Source: Gammaproteobacteria bacterium (lineage in GTDB: Bacteria; Pseudomonadota; Gammaproteobacteria; SG8-11). Taken from it: DNA of 64,000 nt. Of the stretch, positions 40,073 through 53,782 are shown one piece after another. The notes under the pieces were generated by a model. That model had not been told where the DNA came from and made no database searches. It saw only the letters and a list, made by a program, of their open reading frames with translations. The stretch spans positions 24,240 through 88,239 of the forward strand of contig JAUWSG010000001.1 in assembly GCA_030610155.1 (NCBI GenBank), given 5' to 3'. Within the stretch, counting starts at the first letter, position 1. Every line of letters begins with the position of its first letter. The position numbers were made by a program, and so were the translations under genes.

Positions 40073-40966
40073 TCAGACCTGAACACAAGCCGCCAGCCCC
40101 GCATGCAAATTTGGGTATAACAACTTGATGCCCAGCTCCTTGAGCATTTTTGTATTATCTATTCTTCTTGATTCAGACAAATAGGACAACATTTCCGGGC
40201 TCATCACGCGCTGGGCTTCCTGCCAGCTGATTTCAGGTGGCAAGGGTAAATTCAATGCCCTGGCGGTTTCAGTAAAATATTGAGCCATCGTGCCTGGCTG
40301 TCCATCGCTGACATTGTAAATTGGTGCAGGCTTATTTTTTTCGCCAGCAGCAACACAGATACGCGCCAGGTCATCTTCATGTATACGATTAGTAAATGAA
40401 TTATGGTCTTTTACCACAGACCGTCCCTGCTTTATACGTGCTACCGGTAATCGATCACAACCATAAATACCCGGTACTCTTAATATCACCCGCTCGGCAT
40501 TGGTCCGCTTGCAATAACTTTTCAGTTGCTGTTCAGCATCGAGTCGTCGTCGACTACGGTCAGCAGATGGTTTAACGGCATCGTCCTCTGTCACCCAGGC
40601 ACCATCACAGTTACCGTAAACACCACTGGTGCTGATATAAATGATACGTTGCGGCACATTATCCTGCATAGCTGCAAGATAATTTCCAATACGTGTATCG
40701 ATAACACCCTGATCAGGCGGCGGGGCAAAATAATAAATTAACGCTTTATGACTATTCAGGTTTTTTAAACTCGACGGATCATCAAGATCAGCTATCAGAG
40801 TGCGCATACCAGAGCCCTGCAGACTCTCTGTATATTTATCGTTGCGGATTAAGCAGTAAACGTCCGGTCGTTTTGCCAACCATAACTTTGCAACACGACA
40901 TCCAATGTCGCCACAACCAGCAATAAGAATTGAATTATAAGTATCAGGCATGCCCAGTAAATACAA
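40073..40966 (-). CDS. NAD-dependent epimerase/dehydratase (SDR family)
   Basis: Rossmann motif ILIAGCGDIGCRV and an extended SDR catalytic region (YISTSGVYG...). Confidence 0.65.
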   Translation of the reverse strand: MYLLGMPDTYNSILIAGCGDIGCRVAKLWLAKRPDVYCLIRNDKYTESLQGSGMRTLIADLDDPSSLKNLNSHKALIYYFAPPPDQGVIDTRIGNYLAAMQDNVPQRIIYISTSGVYGNCDGAWVTEDDAVKPSADRSRRRLDAEQQLKSYCKRTNAERVILRVPGIYGCDRLPVARIKQGRSVVKDHNSFTNRIHEDDLARICVAAGEKNKPAPIYNVSDGQPGTMAQYFTETARALNLPLPPEISWQEAQRVMSPEMLSYLSESRRIDNTKMLKELGIKLLYPNLHAGLAACVQV

Positions 40967-41020
40967 AGAGCGGGTTAAGTATAATCTCGGGGTAATTGCG
41001 GACTATCGATGAACAACCGT

Positions 41021-42298
41021 TCACGTATTTATAATCGTTAAACGTTGTGGTGCCTCTGCTTCATCTGCGTCAGTATGTTTTGGCAATGTTAAATCCAGTA
41101 GCTCAACAGACTTGCCCAGGCCCTGCTGATATAAATCCAATGCTTTTTCTTTCTCTCCCAGCCTTTCCAGTAATTGAGCCAGAATATAATAGGCTTCCGG
41201 TCGGCCATCATGATGAATGCTGACGTCAAGATACTCTTTTGCTTTGCCCCACAGTTGATTACGCAAACAGATTCGACCAAGCGTTAACATCAGATCAGGC
41301 TCCTTATCATGATTAGTAAGCCAGGCTTCTGCGTGCTTTAATTGCAACGCCGCATTTGCACCATTGATATGGCCAAACATATATACAAGTTCCGTGTCCC
41401 ATGATTTGTTAATCGCATTATTTAACAGGGATTCCGCCGGTTCACTACTATTTTTATCTACAAGTTGCTGACAGTAAGCCATGATGAGTTTTTTATGTGC
41501 CCGGTATTCTTTCGGTACACCTTCCCAGGCTTTTAATACAACGCCGACATCATCCGCATGACCAGCTTTTATAAGAAGTTCATAATGGCATTCAATCGTA
41601 AGTGGATACAACTCATCATCTGCCATCACTTTTTTCTTGCGTAAGTCAGACAACAAGTCCCGCAATTTTTCCCAATATTCCTGTTTTTTGTAAAGCCGGA
41701 CCAACAACAGCATGACAGAATTGTTTTTCGGCACCACTTTCCTTAATTCCTCAAGCAAGGTCATAGACTGGTCGAATTGTCCCTGGAGTAATTGTAACTC
41801 GGCCTGCATTACTGTCACCGCGACACCAGCAGACCCCGACTTTTTTTGTGTCCCGGTAATCTTCTGTGCCTGTTGTAAATAAGCATCACGCTTTTTATAT
41901 TCGGCAGAATTATGCGCTGCACGAGCAGCGGCAAGATAATTTAATATAGGTGTCTGACTATCATCGACAAACTTAATCAGGGTGCGTTCAGCTTCTTTCC
42001 ACTTTCCTTCAGCCAGGGCCAACAAACCCCTGGACAAACCATCATTTGCTTTGGCACATTTACGCGTTGCCCGCCAGCCCCGGGCGCGTCCAGGAATGTC
42101 CTTCAAGCCAACCAAAAATCGGATCGTGTAATATAGTGCGGTAAATGCTGCTGCAATAAGTATGATCAATAACACGGCGGACATTTCGATCGACCACTGA
42201 CCATAGGCCAACATGACATAACCAGAATCATCCTTGGTAAATAACGCCACACTCACGGCAGCCGTTAATGCAAGCAAAATGGAAATCAGCCATTTCAT
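41021..42298 (-). CDS. hemY: HemY-type heme-biosynthesis-associated TPR membrane protein
   Basis: HemY_N-like N-terminus with two TM segments, then TPR repeats. Fourth gene of the hemCDXY order. Confidence 0.75.
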   Translation of the reverse strand: MKWLISILLALTAAVSVALFTKDDSGYVMLAYGQWSIEMSAVLLIILIAAAFTALYYTIRFLVGLKDIPGRARGWRATRKCAKANDGLSRGLLALAEGKWKEAERTLIKFVDDSQTPILNYLAAARAAHNSAEYKKRDAYLQQAQKITGTQKKSGSAGVAVTVMQAELQLLQGQFDQSMTLLEELRKVVPKNNSVMLLLVRLYKKQEYWEKLRDLLSDLRKKKVMADDELYPLTIECHYELLIKAGHADDVGVVLKAWEGVPKEYRAHKKLIMAYCQQLVDKNSSEPAESLLNNAINKSWDTELVYMFGHINGANAALQLKHAEAWLTNHDKEPDLMLTLGRICLRNQLWGKAKEYLDVSIHHDGRPEAYYILAQLLERLGEKEKALDLYQQGLGKSVELLDLTLPKHTDADEAEAPQRLTIINT

Positions 42299-43698
42299 TC
42301 TGTCTTATCTCCGGCTGTTGCAGCAGGCGTCTGCCCGGTTTCCTGTTTATCCTGGGTTTGTGAAGCAGTTTTTGGAGCAGTTTGAGGAACAGCTTGCTTG
42401 CTGGCACTCACCTCTTTTTGTTTAGCCGGTTTTTTAGTTGCGGCTTTGTCTTTCAAAAACTGGCCTGACTGTGATGACCCTTTACTGTCTTTATATTGCC
42501 TTACTGCCCTGAGCGAACGACTAATATCGGGCAACTGTGGTGTCAGGTTGGTATTTTTAATTCTGGCAATAGTCGATTCAAAATTCTTGTACGCTGCCGT
42601 CTCATGGTCAAAATAGCCGTTTATCCATTTTTCAGCTACCTCCAGACTGGTTTTCAAGTTTTTTTCATCGCCTGTCAATAAGGCAAGCCGCCCGGTTTCA
42701 AGTTTCAAAATAAGATTCTGATAAAGAAAGTGTCGCTGTTCCGGGGCCAATAATGCATCTACCGGCTTATCATTTTTACGGATAACCACCAGAGATTTTA
42801 TATCTTTCCACACCGCATCCATCACGCCTGACATATCTTCAGCCTGAGACGTCGCCTCTTCGGTGGAAGAAAACGAATGTTCAAATTGCTCCTGACGCTG
42901 TTTTACAATCAGAGGAAGTTGTTCAGCCGTCGATGCAAGACTGGCAAGTTCAAATGCCATACCAGTAATGTCCGGCATTTCAACAGAACGTAAAGCATTT
43001 ATCTCTTTTGCTATTTCCCTGCGCACATTCAGTACGCCAGGATCACCAACCTGTTTCAGACGCTGATCGGCTGCTGTTAATGCTGAAATCGCAGTGCCTA
43101 TATCCTGCGCCAACGATAAACGATGACTGGCAACGGTCAACAAAGACTCGGCCTCGGCAATAATCCATAAAGTTGACGTCCTGCCCATTCGATCGCTAAT
43201 GGCCGTGGTTGAATCAGTTAAATTTCTGATTTCATCACGTATGCGTTTTTGTTGTTGTGCGTTGTCTGCCTGAGCCGTATTAAGTTTTGCTTCCAGGTTG
43301 CGACTTTCAGCCGCGACTTGCTGAACCTGAGTATCTGCGTGCTGCCTTAATTGTGTCAGTGCGGATTCAAGTGCAACGATTTTTTCTTTTGATTGTAACC
43401 ATATCCAATAAGCTGAACCACCGACACCCAGTGCCAGTAACACCGCAACGATCGCAATCCAGGATACAAAAGAAGACTTACCTGTCGACGAGGAAGATTT
43501 TCCTGATACTGCTTTGTTATGTTTTTCTTTTTTGGCTGCCTTTTTGTTTTTAGTAGACAAGGGGTCTTTAGTGGATAAGGGATCTTTTGCAGACGAGGAC
43601 TTTTCAGCCTCCTTTTCCTTGTTTGCATTTGCATCATCAACAGGCACAACTTCAGACCCGGTTTCTTTATCAGATCCTGCTTTTACATCTTTTGCCAT
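42295..43698 (-). CDS. hemX: HemX-like membrane protein
   Basis: Lys-rich N-terminus with a KDPLSTKDPLSTK repeat, one TM segment and a coiled-coil region. Sits between hemD and hemY. Confidence 0.65.
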   Translation of the reverse strand: MAKDVKAGSDKETGSEVVPVDDANANKEKEAEKSSSAKDPLSTKDPLSTKNKKAAKKEKHNKAVSGKSSSSTGKSSFVSWIAIVAVLLALGVGGSAYWIWLQSKEKIVALESALTQLRQHADTQVQQVAAESRNLEAKLNTAQADNAQQQKRIRDEIRNLTDSTTAISDRMGRTSTLWIIAEAESLLTVASHRLSLAQDIGTAISALTAADQRLKQVGDPGVLNVRREIAKEINALRSVEMPDITGMAFELASLASTAEQLPLIVKQRQEQFEHSFSSTEEATSQAEDMSGVMDAVWKDIKSLVVIRKNDKPVDALLAPEQRHFLYQNLILKLETGRLALLTGDEKNLKTSLEVAEKWINGYFDHETAAYKNFESTIARIKNTNLTPQLPDISRSLRAVRQYKDSKGSSQSGQFLKDKAATKKPAKQKEVSASKQAVPQTAPKTASQTQDKQETGQTPAATAGDKTE

Positions 43699-43818
43699 AA
43701 AATCAATCTCTTTCAGTTGTTGATTCTGGATACGCTTATCCCGTAGAAAGTATAATGCTGATCCCGGATTTATAACAGTGGCATGTGTTTTTCCCTTTAA
43801 GCTTTACTCTGTTCCCTG

Positions 43819-44598
43819 TCACCTTTCCCCTGCTCCTTTCAACCCGGCAAGTACCTCCATCACCGCCTGATCACTGGCCGTTATGGCAATTAGAGCTTGT
43901 TTGCTAAAACCTGATTGTTGCGCAAGTTTTAATGTTCGCTCACTGATAACAACAAGCTGACTGTCGTGCAAATAAGTTTGACCTGCCTTGCCCACCATCT
44001 CCTGCAGATTGCGTAATCCCTGATTGCTCATCACGACGATGGCGTCAATATCATTATTTTGCCAATGATTCATCAGATTTGAAACATCAATATCAGGTTT
44101 GACCCGTTGGTAACATTCGGCATATTCAACACTTGCACCTCGCGATCTTAAGGTGTCCGCCAGCAATTCCCGACCACCATCACCGCGGAATATAATGATT
44201 TTCTTTCCCGCGACATTGTTCATTTCTTCAACAGCCAATAAGGCTTCACTGTTAAATTTGTTTTTCGGATGAATATCCGCCTGGTGACCGACATTTGCTA
44301 ACGCCCTGGCGGTTGCATCGCCCACCACGGCAAGTTGTAACCTTGTCGGTAAACCACCTGCTGCCTGAACGAATTTCATGCCGGTCGTCACCGCATTGGC
44401 ACTGATGAAGATGGCAATATCAAACTCATCCAGTCGATTCAGTTGTGCCATTAGTGGCCCCGGATCCGCGGGTGCCGCAATTTCAATAACGGGAAACAAA
44501 ACAGCCGTCCCGCCATTGGCAGTAATCAAATCTGTCAACACCTGTGCCTGAAGGCGAGGTCGAGTAATGACAACAGTCAGACCTGACAGATCAGGCAT
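43819..44598 (-). CDS. hemD: Uroporphyrinogen-III synthase
   Basis: HEM4 fold. Overlaps the hemC stop by 8 nt. Confidence 0.75.
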   Translation of the reverse strand: MPDLSGLTVVITRPRLQAQVLTDLITANGGTAVLFPVIEIAAPADPGPLMAQLNRLDEFDIAIFISANAVTTGMKFVQAAGGLPTRLQLAVVGDATARALANVGHQADIHPKNKFNSEALLAVEEMNNVAGKKIIIFRGDGGRELLADTLRSRGASVEYAECYQRVKPDIDVSNLMNHWQNNDIDAIVVMSNQGLRNLQEMVGKAGQTYLHDSQLVVISERTLKLAQQSGFSKQALIAITASDQAVMEVLAGLKGAGER

Positions 44599-45532
44599 TC
44601 TTATAAACGTCTTTGAGAATCACATCTGCACCGCGTGACAACAAATCATCCGCCAGTGCCGTGCCCATTGTTTGTGCATCCTCAGGCTTGCCGCGAATTT
44701 CACCGCGTACAACTTCCGAACCATCTGGTTTGCCCACCAGTCCACGCATATACAGTTCATCCCCCTCAAGAATGGCATAACCGCCAATCGGAACCTGGCA
44801 GCCACCCTCGAGACGGGTATTCATCGCGCGCTCTGCCATGACACAAATACGTGTTTGTGGATGATTCAATATACTGATTAATTCATTAATGGCCTTGTCG
44901 TCGGAACGGCACTCAATGCCCACCGCGCCCTGACCAATTGCCGGTAAACTGACGGTTGAATCGATGGCTTGTTTAATACGCTCATCAAAACCCAACCGTA
45001 TTAAACCCGCTGCGGCAAGAATAATGGCATCATATTGCCCATCATCCAGTTTTTTCAAACGTGTATTCACATTACCGCGTAAATCAAGAATTTTCAGATC
45101 AGGACGGATGGCCTTGAGTTGTGTCTGGCGACGCAGACTGGACGTGCCCACTCGTGCCCCCTGGGGTAAAGATTCAAGCGAAGCAAAATGGTTTGAAACA
45201 AATGCATCCCGGGGATCTTCGCGTTCGCAAATGACACTCAAATGCAGGCCTTCAGGTAACTCAACCGGCACATCTTTCATCGAATGCACGGCGATATCCA
45301 CTTCATCACGCAACATGCCCTGTTCCAGTTCTTTTACGAACAAACCCTTGCCGCCGACTTTCGCCAATGGGGTGTCGAGAATCTTGTCGCCCTGGGTCAC
45401 CATTTTGACCAGTTCAACTTGTAAATCCGGGTAATGCTGAATCAGTGAATCTCTAACAAATTCTGCCTGCCAAAGTGCCAGGGGGCTTTTCCGTGTCGCA
45501 ATCCGTAATATCTTGGGTAATGTCATATTCAC
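44591..45532 (-). CDS. hemC: Hydroxymethylbilane synthase (porphobilinogen deaminase)
   Basis: [18 protein letters not shown]...VHSMKDVP...GALAIEC-like motifs. Confidence 0.9.
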   Translation of the reverse strand: MNMTLPKILRIATRKSPLALWQAEFVRDSLIQHYPDLQVELVKMVTQGDKILDTPLAKVGGKGLFVKELEQGMLRDEVDIAVHSMKDVPVELPEGLHLSVICEREDPRDAFVSNHFASLESLPQGARVGTSSLRRQTQLKAIRPDLKILDLRGNVNTRLKKLDDGQYDAIILAAAGLIRLGFDERIKQAIDSTVSLPAIGQGAVGIECRSDDKAINELISILNHPQTRICVMAERAMNTRLEGGCQVPIGGYAILEGDELYMRGLVGKPDGSEVVRGEIRGKPEDAQTMGTALADDLLSRGADVILKDVYKNA

Positions 45533-45786
45533 ACTCTATTAATGTAAAATCCGCTATGCTATGCCGCACAAACAGCCTGAACAAGCTATAAATACGAGAT
45601 ATTACACGATTTTTCCGCTATCAAAGGCAAATCACCTGTTAAATCGATAATTTAACATCGTAATAAGGGGGCTGTTTTGGTAAAATTTCGACCGTTTTAC
45701 ATATTACAAACCAGTCTTTTTTTAAAGGGATTGCTCAAGTCACGCCCTGTTGGAATATAAAAAGCTACTTAAACAAGGAACTAAGC

Positions 45787-46791
45787 ATGCATATTGGTAC
45801 GACAATTACCCAGTTTATAATTGAAGAACAACGCAAATTAACCGCCACAGGTGATTTCACCTCCTTACTCAATGATGTTGTTACTGCTTGTAAGGTTATT
45901 TCCAAAGACGTAGATCGGGGTGCATTAGTCGGTATCCTTGGTAGCGCTGAAAGTGAAAATATTCAGGGTGAAACCCAAAAGAAACTCGACCTGATTACCA
46001 ACGATGTCATGATCAAATCAAACGAATGGGCAGGTCATTTAGCCGCCATGGCGTCAGAGGAAATGGAGGATGTTTATCCTATCCCACCGCAATACCCAAA
46101 AGGAAAATACCTGCTGGTTTTTGATCCACTGGATGGTTCTTCCAATATCGATGTCAACATCTCTGTGGGCACCATTTTCTCAATCTTGCGTTGCCCGGAT
46201 GGTGTGGAAAATCCAACCGCTGAAGATTTTCTGCAAGAAGGCACCAAACAGGTGTGTGCCGGATTTGCACTATATGGCCCATCAACCATCATGGTCTTAA
46301 CAACCGGCAATGGCGTAAATGGGTTTACACTCGACAAAACCATTGGTGAATTTGTACTTACCCATGCCAATATGACGATACCTGAAGATACCAGTGAATT
46401 TTCTATCAATACCTCCAATGATCGATTCTGGGAAGCACCGGTCAAACGTTATGTCGATGAATGCCTGGCAGGTGAAACAGGCGTAAGAGGGCGTAACTTT
46501 AATATGCGTTGGGTCGCCTCAATGGTCGCTGAAGTCTATCGTATCCTGACTCGCGGCGGCATTTTCATGTACCCCAAGGACACCAAGGATCCGTCAAAAG
46601 CCGGTAAGTTACGCCTGATGTATGAAGCCAACCCGATGTCATTCATTGTCGAACAGGCAGGTGGACTTAGTCATACAGGTGTAGAACGCATTATGGATAT
46701 CAAACCCAATGAGCTTCATCAACGAGTGCCTGTTCTTCTGGGCTCTAAAAATGAAGTTGAGCGCCTGGTTGCTTATCACCAGGAACAGTAA
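45787..46791 (+). CDS. fbp: Fructose-1,6-bisphosphatase class 1
   Basis: FBPase motifs ([21 protein letters not shown]). Confidence 0.9.
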   Translation: MHIGTTITQFIIEEQRKLTATGDFTSLLNDVVTACKVISKDVDRGALVGILGSAESENIQGETQKKLDLITNDVMIKSNEWAGHLAAMASEEMEDVYPIPPQYPKGKYLLVFDPLDGSSNIDVNISVGTIFSILRCPDGVENPTAEDFLQEGTKQVCAGFALYGPSTIMVLTTGNGVNGFTLDKTIGEFVLTHANMTIPEDTSEFSINTSNDRFWEAPVKRYVDECLAGETGVRGRNFNMRWVASMVAEVYRILTRGGIFMYPKDTKDPSKAGKLRLMYEANPMSFIVEQAGGLSHTGVERIMDIKPNELHQRVPVLLGSKNEVERLVAYHQEQ

Positions 46792-46814
46792 GCGTTTCAA
46801 CAGTACATACAAAA

Positions 46815-46841
46815 AGGGGAGCAATGCTCCCCTTTTTTTTA
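46815..46841. terminator. Bidirectional rho-independent terminator between fbp and gyrB
   Basis: aggggagcaatgctcccct hairpin flanked by AAAAA on one side and TTTTTTTTT on the other. Confidence 0.7.
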
Positions 46842-46890
46842 CCTCATGTTTACCTGAAATCTAAATACCTCACAATATATAAGAAAAATA

Positions 46891-49317
<2,427 letters not shown>

Positions 49318-49369
49318 TCACCTTAATAAATGTCATGCCTGAATTTGCCATCCCCGTGAAAAATACGGG

Positions 49370-50449
49370 CTAAGCGACCTCTTTAATCGTCCCTTGTTTC
49401 ACGTGGAACATCTTTTTATCACGAATTCCATCCATGTCAACCAGACTTTGTTCCGTCATTGTGATGAAGACTTGCGTGCCTAGATTATCCAAAGCTTGTA
49501 ATAATTTAGCTCTATTTTTTTGATCCAGTTCGGACGCCAGATCATCAACCAGAACCGGGCAATTTTTACCTGTCCTCTCCTTTAACAAAGCCACCTGTGC
49601 CAATTTCAACGCCGTTATAATTAATTTTTGTTGGCCGCGCGAAGCGAACTCCAACGCTGGCTGTCCCGCAATCTTGATATCGATATCTGAACGATGCGGT
49701 CCACAGTGGGTATATCCGGATGCCTTGTCTCGCTCAAGAGAAAGATTCAAGGCATCAGAATAGATTTGTTCTTTTGGCCACCCGGGCCGGTATTCAATCG
49801 ATAACGTGTTCATATCAAAAACCTCGCGACCGATTTTCTCAAAAATAGGGGCAAGCTGCTGTAAATAACCACAACGATAGTGATTGATTACATCGGCTTT
49901 TTCAATTAATCCTTCGTCCCAGGCCCGCACTATGCCATTCGTAACAAAGTGTCGTAACGCGGCATTTCGCTGTTTCAGGATATGAAAATAATCTTTCCAG
50001 GCCTGAAGAAACCGATGTTCCACGTGAAACACACCCCAATCGAGATAATGTCGCCGAAACTTTGGGCCTAACTCCAGAATACGATGACTTTCAGGATTAA
50101 TAATTTGCAATGGCAAAGTCAGACTTAACTCGGACCGTTTTCGCAACATTCTATTATCCAGTTTTATTTGCAACTCCTTCCTGCTGCGCCTGATCGCCAC
50201 TGGCATCACCCTATCGGATTGTTGGCCAATTTGGCCAAATACCGTTAATTCATCCTGTTGGTGATTTATTATTTTTTTAGGGTTTGATGTACGGAACGAT
50301 TTCGCAAACCCAAGTAAATAGATAGCCTCCAGCAAACTGGTCTTTCCACTGGCATTTGGACCCACAATGAGATTGAATCTCGGGGACGGCTTGATCTCAA
50401 CATCTTTGAGGTTTCTAAGGTTGTTAACTGACAGTTTCAATAAACTCAT
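49370..50449 (-). CDS. recF: DNA replication and repair protein RecF
   Basis: Walker A (GPNASGKTSLLEA) and SMC-like signature motifs. Confidence 0.9.
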   Translation of the reverse strand: MSLLKLSVNNLRNLKDVEIKPSPRFNLIVGPNASGKTSLLEAIYLLGFAKSFRTSNPKKIINHQQDELTVFGQIGQQSDRVMPVAIRRSRKELQIKLDNRMLRKRSELSLTLPLQIINPESHRILELGPKFRRHYLDWGVFHVEHRFLQAWKDYFHILKQRNAALRHFVTNGIVRAWDEGLIEKADVINHYRCGYLQQLAPIFEKIGREVFDMNTLSIEYRPGWPKEQIYSDALNLSLERDKASGYTHCGPHRSDIDIKIAGQPALEFASRGQQKLIITALKLAQVALLKERTGKNCPVLVDDLASELDQKNRAKLLQALDNLGTQVFITMTEQSLVDMDGIRDKKMFHVKQGTIKEVA

Positions 50450-50578
50450 TGCACACCAACAGTTTGATGTCTCTTATAAGCCGGGTTTTTGATTAAAAAA
50501 CTGGCCTGCATGTCTCTGTGAAACAATTTTACAAAAAACCGCTCAACGCTTATTTTTACATTGTCTAAGGTGATAAAA

Positions 50579-51685
50579 CTAAAGCCTCATTGGCATAACA
50601 ACATATTTACACGTTTCGTCATCTTTAGGCTGCACCAGGCAACTACTATTGGAATCCGAAAAACCAAGTTGAACTTCATTTGTGGGTATTGCTGATAAAG
50701 CATCAATAATGTAATTCACATTAAAACCGATCTCCAGATCATCGCCATCGTAATCAACATCGATTATTTCTTCTGCTTCTTCCAGTTCAGGGTTATTTGC
50801 CAACGCTTTAATTTCCCCTGTTTTTAATTGTATGCGTATACCCCGGTATTTCTCATTCGATAAGATCGATGCCCTGGTCAGCGCTTGTTTTAATGTTTCA
50901 CGATCTGAATAAACGATTTTATCCACATTTTGAGGTAATACACGCGCATAATCAGGAAAACGCCCATCAACCAGTTTTGATGTAAATACAATATCCTCGA
51001 ATTCAACCCGAATATGATTTGTCCCCAGGCTAATCGCGACATTTTCATCATTATCATTCAGTAATCGATGAAGTTCGATGACCCCTTTACGCGGCACAAT
51101 AACATTTTTTACGTCACTGATTTCTGCACTGACTTCGGTATCACATAAAGATAATCGGTGACCATCAGTGGCGACAGCACGTAATTTATTCGCGGAAACT
51201 TCGAGTAACAGACCATTTAGATAATAACGTACATCCTGTTGTGCCATTGCAAACTGTGTTCGAGCAATCACCGTCTTTAAATTATTCTGTGAAATGGTAA
51301 TTTCTAGTGGATTTTTCAATTTTTCAGTTGCAGGAAAATCACTCACTGGCAAAGTTGACAGAATAAACCGACTTTTCCCCGATTTTAGCGTCACTTTATC
51401 GCCTTTTAGCGTCATTTCCACCATTGCACCCTCAGGCAGGGTACGACATATATCTAACAACTTTCGTGCGGGAATAGTGATTTCACCTGGTTCTGCGACC
51501 TCATCAAGCTGAATACTTGAATTTAGCTCCACCTCAAGATCGGTTGTCGTCATCGATAAAATACTTTCGTCATCAATGGTGAGTAATATGTTTGATAATA
51601 TTGGTAACGTTTGACGACGTTCAACAACACCACTGACAATATTTAATGGTTTGAGTATCGATTCTCTTTGTATTTTAAACTTCAT
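50579..51685 (-). CDS. dnaN: DNA polymerase III beta sliding clamp
   Basis: MKFKIQRESILKPLNIVSGVVE N-terminus. 368 aa, three-domain clamp. Confidence 0.9.
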   Translation of the reverse strand: MKFKIQRESILKPLNIVSGVVERRQTLPILSNILLTIDDESILSMTTTDLEVELNSSIQLDEVAEPGEITIPARKLLDICRTLPEGAMVEMTLKGDKVTLKSGKSRFILSTLPVSDFPATEKLKNPLEITISQNNLKTVIARTQFAMAQQDVRYYLNGLLLEVSANKLRAVATDGHRLSLCDTEVSAEISDVKNVIVPRKGVIELHRLLNDNDENVAISLGTNHIRVEFEDIVFTSKLVDGRFPDYARVLPQNVDKIVYSDRETLKQALTRASILSNEKYRGIRIQLKTGEIKALANNPELEEAEEIIDVDYDGDDLEIGFNVNYIIDALSAIPTNEVQLGFSDSNSSCLVQPKDDETCKYVVMPMRL

Positions 51686-51930
51686 GTTTATCCCTTCCCG
51701 TTTCCCGATAACGCATTATTTTTTAATTAAAAAATATATTTCTTTTATTATTATTATTACTATTACACATTAAAATGTCTGTGGATAAGTCTATTTATTA
51801 TATATTATTCAATAACTAACAAATCATTTTGTTCATGTATATTCCGTTAGTTCAAGTCTGATACTTTATGTATCAAATGTGGATAACTATTCATTAACGT
51901 GTTGATAATAGCTTATCCACAATTTATCGA
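51686..51930. promoter_or_regulatory. AT-rich dnaA-dnaN intergenic region with three perfect DnaA boxes (dnaN promoter and/or candidate oriC)
   Basis: TGTGGATAA at 51780-51788 and at 51878-51886; TTATCCACA at 51913-51921. Flanking sequence is almost pure A/T, including (tta)n. Confidence 0.5.
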
Positions 51931-53301
51931 CTATGTTGTTAACATACGTAAAAGATTAGAAAAGTCTTCCGCAATACGTGCATCTGACTCCTTGAGTTCC
52001 TTAATTTTTCGGCATCCATGCAGCACCGTTGTATGGTCACGGCCACCGAAGGCGTCACCAATTTCTGGCAGGCTGTGGTTCGTGAGTTCTTTGGCCAGTG
52101 CCATCGCTAATTGCCTGGGTCGAGCAATGGATCGAGTGCGTTTTTTTGCCGTCAGATCTGAAACGCGGATTTTATAATATTGAGCCACTGTTTTCATGAT
52201 ATTTTCAATCGAAACCAGTCTGTCCTGTAAGCTTATTAAATCTTTGAGCGATTCTTTGGTGAAATCAAGTGTAATCGGGCTGCCAGTAAAGTGTGAGTTT
52301 GCAATAACACGACGTAAGGCACCTTCTAACTCTCTGATATTAGAACGAATTCTTTTCGCTATAAAAAAAGCGACTTCATGGGGCATGTCTACTCCGAGCT
52401 GAGCGGCCTTGCTCATCAAGATGGCGACCCGGGTTTCCAGTTCAGGGGGTTCAATGGCGACGGTCAAACCCCAGCCGAAGCGTGATTTTAATCTTTCTTC
52501 CAGGCCGCTGACTTCCTTGGGATAACGATCACAGGTCAGGACTATTTGTTGCTGGCCTTCCAGAAGTGCATTAAAAGTATGGAAAAACTCTTCCTGCGAG
52601 CGTTCTTTTCTGGCAAAAAACTGGATATCATCAATAAGCAAGGCGTTTACCGAACGGTAATAACGTTTAAAATCGTCGATGGCATTATGTTGCAACGCTT
52701 TGACCATATCCTGAACAAAGCGTTCTGAATGTAGATAAACCACCTTGGCATCAGGGTTATTTTTAATAATCAAATTGCCGATGGCGTGCATCAGATGTGT
52801 TTTACCAAGACCGACACCGCCGTAAATAAATAAGGGGTTATAGGCGCCCCCGGGGTTTCCGGCAATTTGTTGTGAGGCTGCCTTGGCCAGCTGATTTGAC
52901 TTACCTTCTACAAAATTGTCGAAAACATGGTCTTTATTGATATTGCTGACATATTTGACGTTTGTGTTTGGCTGATCGTTTTTGCGTTGGAATAGATGAT
53001 TCTTGTCAGGTGGTATGGAGATGGTTTGTCCGATGTTACTGTTTTGTATCGTTTTGTGGGTGCTGCCAATTTTAATACTCACATTCGGAATGGCACCATC
53101 GCTGACGGTATCTGCTAATTCATTGATCCTGATGATAAGTTTGTCTTGCACCCAATCAAGGACAAATTGATTCGGGGCTAATAGCTGGATGGTGGAATCT
53201 TCTTCAACTGCTTGTAATGGCATGACCCAGGCGTTGAAATCCTGAGAAGTGAGCTCATTTTCCAGGCGAGCAACACATTTTTGCCATATTGAAGACTGCA
53301 C
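51931..53301 (-). CDS. dnaA: Chromosomal replication initiator DnaA
   Basis: AAA+ Walker A ([10 protein letters not shown]), sensor motifs and a C-terminal DNA-binding domain. Confidence 0.9.
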   Translation of the reverse strand: MQSSIWQKCVARLENELTSQDFNAWVMPLQAVEEDSTIQLLAPNQFVLDWVQDKLIIRINELADTVSDGAIPNVSIKIGSTHKTIQNSNIGQTISIPPDKNHLFQRKNDQPNTNVKYVSNINKDHVFDNFVEGKSNQLAKAASQQIAGNPGGAYNPLFIYGGVGLGKTHLMHAIGNLIIKNNPDAKVVYLHSERFVQDMVKALQHNAIDDFKRYYRSVNALLIDDIQFFARKERSQEEFFHTFNALLEGQQQIVLTCDRYPKEVSGLEERLKSRFGWGLTVAIEPPELETRVAILMSKAAQLGVDMPHEVAFFIAKRIRSNIRELEGALRRVIANSHFTGSPITLDFTKESLKDLISLQDRLVSIENIMKTVAQYYKIRVSDLTAKKRTRSIARPRQLAMALAKELTNHSLPEIGDAFGGRDHTTVLHGCRKIKELKESDARIAEDFSNLLRMLTT

Positions 53302-53366
53302 TAAATTTGACCCCTGTACACCGTGGAATTCTGGAAGATTTTGCAGTTTATACCCGATAGAGAAAC

Positions 53367-53375
53367 TTATCCACA
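53367..53375. promoter_or_regulatory. DnaA box (TTATCCACA) upstream of dnaA, in the dnaA/rpmH divergent region
   Basis: Perfect consensus 9-mer, 66 nt upstream of the dnaA start. Confidence 0.5.
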
Positions 53376-53405
53376 GAACAATATTAAATTATTTTAGAGG
53401 CTTTT

Positions 53406-53435
53406 ATTGACATAAGGGCACCATTCGAAGTATCG
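53406..53435 (+). promoter_or_regulatory. Candidate rpmH promoter
   Basis: Perfect -35 TTGACA, then an 18-bp spacer to TATCGT, about 100 nt upstream of rpmH. Confidence 0.3.
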
Positions 53436-53533
53436 TTCTCGGTTTTTCCGGCGATGAATTAGCCGCTTGAAAATTCAAAAGCTTAGGCCTATTTTCAGGT
53501 ATTTTTTAGTTAAACAAACATCAGGTCAATACG

Positions 53534-53668
53534 ATGAAAAGAACGTTTCAACCCAGCAATCTCAAACGTAAGCGTACCCACGGATTTCGTGCTCGAATGG
53601 CGACAAAAGCGGGCCGTAGAATCATTAATGCACGACGTGCAAAAGGCCGGCACGAATTAAGCGCCTGA
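53534..53668 (+). CDS. rpmH: 50S ribosomal protein L34
   Basis: [44 protein letters not shown] is near-universal L34. Below the ORF-track length cutoff; found by eye. Confidence 0.9.
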   Translation: MKRTFQPSNLKRKRTHGFRARMATKAGRRIINARRAKGRHELSA

Positions 53669-53782
53669 TTTTTGTGTGGTTTGTAGTGCATAGTGGTTTT
53701 AAAACCGACTCAAAGTAATTATTTAAAGTCCGTAACTGGTGCTTGAATCTGATTTGGGTTTACTAATCTATTGAAGATTTAA

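Noticed and set aside
51899-52177. 92-aa ORF on the + strand across the DnaA-box cluster and the dnaA 3-prime end
   Set aside because: It is antisense to dnaA and spans a regulatory region, with no support.
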